From Mytilus californianus (lineage: Eukaryota): a DNA stretch of 64,000 nucleotides. The stretch covers positions 15,872,001-15,936,000 of the forward strand of contig NW_026262581.1 of NCBI RefSeq assembly GCF_021869535.1. Direction: 5' to 3'. The translations under genes and the position numbers were made by a program. Below the pieces are notes generated by a model. It was given only the letters and a program-made list of their open reading frames with translations. It was not told where the DNA came from and did not search any database. Shown one piece after another: positions 59,801 to 64,000 of the stretch (position 1 is the stretch's first letter; every line of letters begins with the position of its first letter).

Positions 59801-62800
59801 TTCTCATATATTTTATGATGGTATAATACTAAACCCCTAACAGGAGGGATTGTGCCTGATATTCATATGATGAAGACATAATCTTTCAATCAGTTTAATT
59901 GAGGTCTGAAGCTGGCATGTCAGTAACTGCTAGTAGTCTGTTGTTATTTATGTATTATTGTCATTTTGTTTATTTTCTTTTGTTTCCTATTCTGACATAG
60001 GACTCAGACTTCTCTTAAACTGGGTTTTACTGTGCGTACTGTTGTACGTTTGTTTTTTTCTACATTGGCTAGAGGTATAGGGGGAGGGTTGAGATCTCAA
60101 AAAACATGTTTAACCCCACCGCATTTTTGCGCCTGTCCCAAGTCAGGAGCCTCTGGCCTTTGCTAGTCTTGTATCATTTTTAATTTTAGTATCTTGTGTA
60201 TAATTTGGAGTTTAGTATGACATCCATTATCACTGAACTAGTATACATATTTGTTTAGGGGCTAGCTGAGTGACGCCTCCGGGTGCGGGAGTTTCCTCGC
60301 TGCATTGAAGACCCATTGGTGGCCTTCGGCTGTTGTCTGCTCTATGGTCGGGTTGTTGTCTCTTTGACACATTCCCCATTTCCATTCTCAATTTTAATAG
60401 TACAAAAACTACAAATATCTAGAGTTTTTGGTGGAAGAAGACTTCAAGTCTTCTGAAAGCCTTTACTTCCGGCTGTAAAATCATTGAACCGTCACCAGGA
60501 CGTATGCCGTATCCCTTTCTGTGCTTTACAATTTCATAACAACTTCCGTGCCATATCTTGACACCGATGTTTACACATGATCTAAGCATCTGCATCATTT
60601 AATTTATTAGTTAGGCTTGAAAAACGATCACTATAGTTAGTGTTATAATTTCTCATGTTTTAATGTATTAATATCAACCCTTTTATTTATGTAAATTATA
60701 AGAATTTTATCTCATCTTACATGTAACCGGATGTCTTTAAAGTAGAGTTTGTAGTACGCATGCGTGAATTTGGTATCGGGTCGGTTCGCCCTGATTACAT
60801 GTTCGCCTTTGGTCCGTTCGCCCTGAGTTCGTCCCCATAGAATACGTTCACCCTGAGTTACTTCTCCTTACTTTTATCGTGGAAGTATCATATTGACTGC
60901 TTTTATCAAGGACGTTTTATACGTCCTTGCAATTATTAAAAAATAATAATATTATGGGTATTAAAGTTTAATAAACTTATTCAGATATTTATATGGTATA
61001 AATTTTCGAAATTCATGAACACACATGAAAAAAAATTAATTAAAAGTTGATGGTTTGTTTTGGAGCATTAATAGGTCATGATAATAATTTTCACTGATTG
61101 TTATAATAATTGTCTTTGGTAGATTAATAATTGGAATTATCGGAATAAAACAACTGGATTATTCGGGTTAATTTAAACCATGTTGGTAACGTATCTGCGC
61201 ATGTGCACAAATGGGAAATTTAATTGTGCATCTGAAAGTTTCAAAATAATGATAAACAAAATTGTCATATATTCATACAATCCATCTTGAGTTAAAGCCA
61301 AGTATATATACGTGGAGAGTACGACTTCAAATCAATGATGCTTGAAAAAATACACGGATTTAATTGTTCAGTCTGCGTTCAGATCTTTAATGCAATCAAT
61401 TAAGTCATATTCCAGTTTTAGACAATATGTGTTTTTTAAAACAAAAGTTAGAATATCTAAGTATGTTATTGCGATAATAAAGAGTCAAGCGCACACGATT
61501 ATCTGCTGGTGTTTTACACATCAAACGATGCACCGTCTGTTGACAGAAATATCAATGTACAAACTAATGTCTGTTGACGGATTCCATTTCGAAAGTACAT
61601 AGTTTTCATGTCGGTCATTGTCGGAATGTCCCCAATGATTGCCTGTATTGCCTTAATAAGTTTCAAAGTTTTAGAAGTGATAAAAAACGGGATTTAACAA
61701 CTGAATAGTCCAGCTCTTTACCGTTATTCGTCATTAAGGTACACACAAAAATGACACATTATCGAGGCTCGAGTACGGAACCAGTAATTCGTTGCTGTCA
61801 ATAGTTTTATTTTCATGACAATTTCAGAAAAGGGCTGTCTGACTCCTGACGGAAAATGCCATTCCTATCCTCATACTTTTGTGTAAAAATATTAAAGGAA
61901 AAAAAAATATGATATATGGGTCAAGCACTTTAAATGAACGGGTTTGAAATGCTAAAAGAGTCAAGCGCACACGTGATTCTGTCAACTGAAGGTGCATTGT
62001 TTGATGTGTAAAACATCAGCAGATTCACGTGTGCGCTTGACTCTAAATTATCGCAATAACATAGCAAGGTCATCACCTGACATGACCGGTCAATCCTTGG
62101 CCTGACACATATCTGCATTGGATATATTTAGAATTTTCAATATATGTTTATAATGAAAAACCCTAATTTAAGCAAACTTGACTAAAATCTTGGTGGCCAG
62201 TTTTTTTTTTAAAGTTAACTATCTGCCTTTGACAGAAAACTTTCAAGTGAAACCAAATCAAATACTGTTATAATTGCTTGGCGAAATTGCTTGCATCAAG
62301 TTGACCATGCTGAGACGAATGTATGGAATTTAGTTATAGAAAATTTAATTTGAATCAACAGTATTTGCAGATTTTTATGTTAAGTATAGTGAGTTTTGGT
62401 TGAGTTATGAGTATTATTATTTTTGGAAGAAAAAAATATGTAGAAAGCAATAATGGGACAAAGCAGGCTGGGTTGGTGTGGGCTGCTTTTATGGTAATTC
62501 AAGTTACTTTTTATGCATCTTCTTCCACCTCAGAGCAATCAGCTCTTTGATTTTTTGCCTGTATAAAGAGCGTACGGGAGTTTAAACAAAAACACCTATT
62601 TAACCCAAACAAAATTCTCAATGAGTTTATTGTAATGTTATTTATTGACATTTAAACATTTCCCTACAGTATGTAATGAAACAAATTATATTTGGAAAAG
62701 ACATGCATTGATTGGTTACTGGTTCCTTTTTGTGTAATGGCCTATATTTCATGCTGATTCAGAAAAAAGACCAAGCTGAAAGTGTACACATTTCCTGTTT

Positions 62801-63176
62801 CCATTCTCAATTCTGCTCCTATATATATATATACATTTAACATGTTCCAGCCAGTGAAAAGAGTAGGGTGCTAATCTAAAAAAAGGCATCTAAGTTTGTA
62901 AATGGAAGTGAAAAGGGTCAGTTTATGGTGAACAACAATTTAAAGAAATAAAAACGATATTGATTCTGCATATGGTTTGTTAAAGCTACATTTCTAAACA
63001 TGCTCATTAATCTGACAGATGATTTATTTTGCTTTTTATATAAGTATTCCAATAAGGGAATAACTACCAATATGTTATATTTGAATGGATTAATTGTGTC
63101 TTTATAGGGTCCTACAACAGCGGTGACTTTTGCAAGAGATGGTGCTTACTTTGCTTCTGGTGGTTCTGATGAACAG
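44852..63176 (+). CDS. POC1: POC1 centriolar WD40 protein (POC1A/POC1B-type), 5' part; gene continues beyond the window
   Basis: Exons 44852-44866, 46161-46245, 46527-46606, 48380-48471, 49587-49695, 50103-50173, 57859-57966, 58772-58887, 59557-59690 and 63108-63176 join in frame with GT-AG. They give seven WD40 repeats matching POC1: [97 protein letters not shown]. The C-terminal coiled coil is not in the window. Confidence 0.96.
46161..46245 (+). CDS. POC1: POC1 exon 2
   Basis: tttttcag|GAGGATCCC ... TTAG|GTTAGT; [28 protein letters not shown]. Confidence 0.95.
46527..46606 (+). CDS. POC1: POC1 exon 3
   Basis: ttttttag|CTTCTGG ... CACAAA|GTAAGT; [26 protein letters not shown]. Confidence 0.95.
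47580..47900 (-). mobile_element. 3'-terminal fragment of a non-LTR retrotransposon ORF2 in POC1 intron 3
   Basis: Minus-strand open frame [50 protein letters not shown] resembles LINE C-termini as I recall them. The + ORF 47554..47892 is its antisense. Clade not determined. Confidence 0.55.
48380..48471 (+). CDS. POC1: POC1 exon 4
   Basis: ctttcag|GATGCT ... ACTGT|GTAAGT; [30 protein letters not shown]. Confidence 0.95.
49587..49695 (+). CDS. POC1: POC1 exon 5
   Basis: ttacag|GAAAGGA ... ATTAAG|GTATGG; [36 protein letters not shown]. Confidence 0.95.
50103..50173 (+). CDS. POC1: POC1 exon 6
   Basis: tttttcag|TTATGG ... GCTAA|GTAAGT; [23 protein letters not shown]. Confidence 0.95.
53259..54170. 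repeat. Diverged tandem duplication of about 520 bp
   Basis: TTGAGACAGAAAA..ATATGGTGGCA..GCTCAGTTT..CGGTAACCTTG..TTTGGTCCGTCCAAAGC..ATCTCACAAC occurs twice, from about 53259 and about 53780. Confidence 0.8.
54340..54530 (+). mobile_element. Abundant short interspersed repeat; related 3' ends at about 1787-1868, 8232-8342, 32310-32420 (+) and 11860-12100, 32995-33050 (-)
   Basis: Shared tail TATAATGGTTTACTTTT..GACTTGGATGGAGAGTTGTCTCATT.GCACTCATACCACATCTTCTTATATCTAT. Confidence 0.75.
57859..57966 (+). CDS. POC1: POC1 exon 7
   Basis: ttttag|ATTTTCACCA ... GGAGG|GTAGGT; [35 protein letters not shown]. Confidence 0.95.
58772..58887 (+). CDS. POC1: POC1 exon 8
   Basis: poly-T cag|ATTTGTA ... TACACAG|GTAAAA; [38 protein letters not shown]. 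Confidence 0.94.
58863..58990 (+). repeat. 32-bp tandem array (4 copies) made of the POC1 exon-8 end plus its splice donor
   Basis: Unit AATAAACTACTGCAGCATTACACAG|GTAAAAT; GT at 58888, 58920, 58952 and 58984. Degenerate copies appear to continue to about 59085. Confidence 0.93.
59557..59690 (+). CDS. POC1: POC1 exon 9
   Basis: ttccag|CTCATTCA ... CATCAG|GTATTA; [44 protein letters not shown]. Confidence 0.95.
59767..60396 (+). mobile_element. About 630-bp interspersed repeat (copy 2) in POC1 intron 9
   Basis: Co-linear with 28474-29100. Confidence 0.88.
61462..62063. mobile_element. About 600-bp element with long imperfect TIRs (about 90 bp) in POC1 intron 9
   Basis: TATGTTATTGCGATAAT..AGAGTCAAGCGCACACG..TTTTACACATCAAAC..GTTGACAG at left; its reverse complement at about 61978-62063. 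Confidence 0.75.
63108..63176 (+). CDS. POC1: POC1 exon 10
   Basis: tttatag|GGTCCT ... GAACAG|GTAAGA; [23 protein letters not shown]. Confidence 0.94.
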
Positions 63177-64000
63177 GTAAGACTGCAATTTATGACATGT
63201 TTAAAGTTATAAAATCTGATTAAAATAAAGATCCTGTGTCTAAGCTTTTCTTACAATGATCTAAAAAAAAACGCTCCATTTTACTCTCTGTTTTAAAGAC
63301 CTTTCATGATCCTCTGGTTTTTTTGGATTAATACACACCTTCAAAAATTTTGTCAGAGTAATACACACCTTCAAAAAATCTGATATAACAATAACCAGAA
63401 CAGAAAGTAAAACGGAGTGTTTTCAGATCATTGTAAGCAAAGCTTGGACACAAGATATGTATTTTGATGAGATTAGATGTTATATATCTGTGAATTTTGT
63501 AATGAACAGAGAAATTAAGAAATGTATTGGATCCTCTTTTATAGAATGGTGATCTTTTTGTTACAAACATCCAAGATTAGCATCCATGAATAACATTAAT
63601 TTCACCTTAATGTTGAAGCACAGTACCAAAATTAGCCATGCATGAATTATTTTATTCAATGATATGTAGAGGAAGGCATATGAAAGCCACTTTTTGGTTC
63701 ACTTGATTTTGAATATCATATAGAATTATAAATCTTGTATAACTTTCTTCAAATTTCACAAAACATAATTCTCTCAGATATCAGTCAAGTATATATTTGA
63801 ATTTTATCCAACATATTTGATTTAGGCCTTCAAACTTCATGTATTAGGGGAAAATTTTACAAACTCAATAAGTTGCCTTTTAAAGTTTCCATCAATAATT
63901 CTTTATGAGCAACAGCCTTGCCCAAAAAATTGTTTGCCGCAAGATGTTTTACACATAGATGTTTATGTGCGTCAAGTATCTTGTTTGGTAAAGCTGTTGC

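Noticed and set aside
63329-63380. Two-copy 30-bp direct repeat TAATACACACCTTCAAAAA
   Set aside because: Only two copies and 150 bp from the nearest exon; not a donor-spanning array.
1-64000. tRNA, rRNA or snRNA genes
   Set aside because: No cloverleaf with A/B boxes or conserved rRNA/snRNA sequence was recognised by eye. A tRNAscan-SE/Infernal run would be needed to exclude them formally.

Overview
AT-rich, intron-rich animal genomic DNA. The repeat families and gene structures suggest a bivalve mollusc, probably Mytilus (inference). I could reconstruct four protein-coding genes exon by exon, all with consistent GT-AG phases, arranged as two head-to-head pairs. (1) A SOUL/HEBP2-like gene with a signal peptide (minus strand, 4 coding exons, 219 aa) and (2) a HEBP2-like gene without one (plus strand, 3 coding exons, 196 aa). 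(3) Cyclin-Q/CCNQ (FAM58A; minus strand, 5 coding exons, 230 aa) and (4) the centriolar WD40 gene POC1 (plus strand, 10 coding exons in the window, continuing past the right edge); their start codons are only 455 bp apart. The rest is mostly mobile-element debris: a Gypsy pol remnant, an RTE LINE remnant, a piggyBac transposase remnant, several HINE/pearl-like elements carrying internal tandem arrays, nested MITE/hAT elements, and minisatellites. The most striking unexplained pattern is that three of the four genes carry a tandem array whose unit is the last 25-50 nt of an exon plus its own 5' splice site, so the intron begins with a row of copied splice donors. In the secreted SOUL gene the first donor is weakened and reads through in frame to a second, consensus donor. 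No rRNA, tRNA or CRISPR array was recognised.
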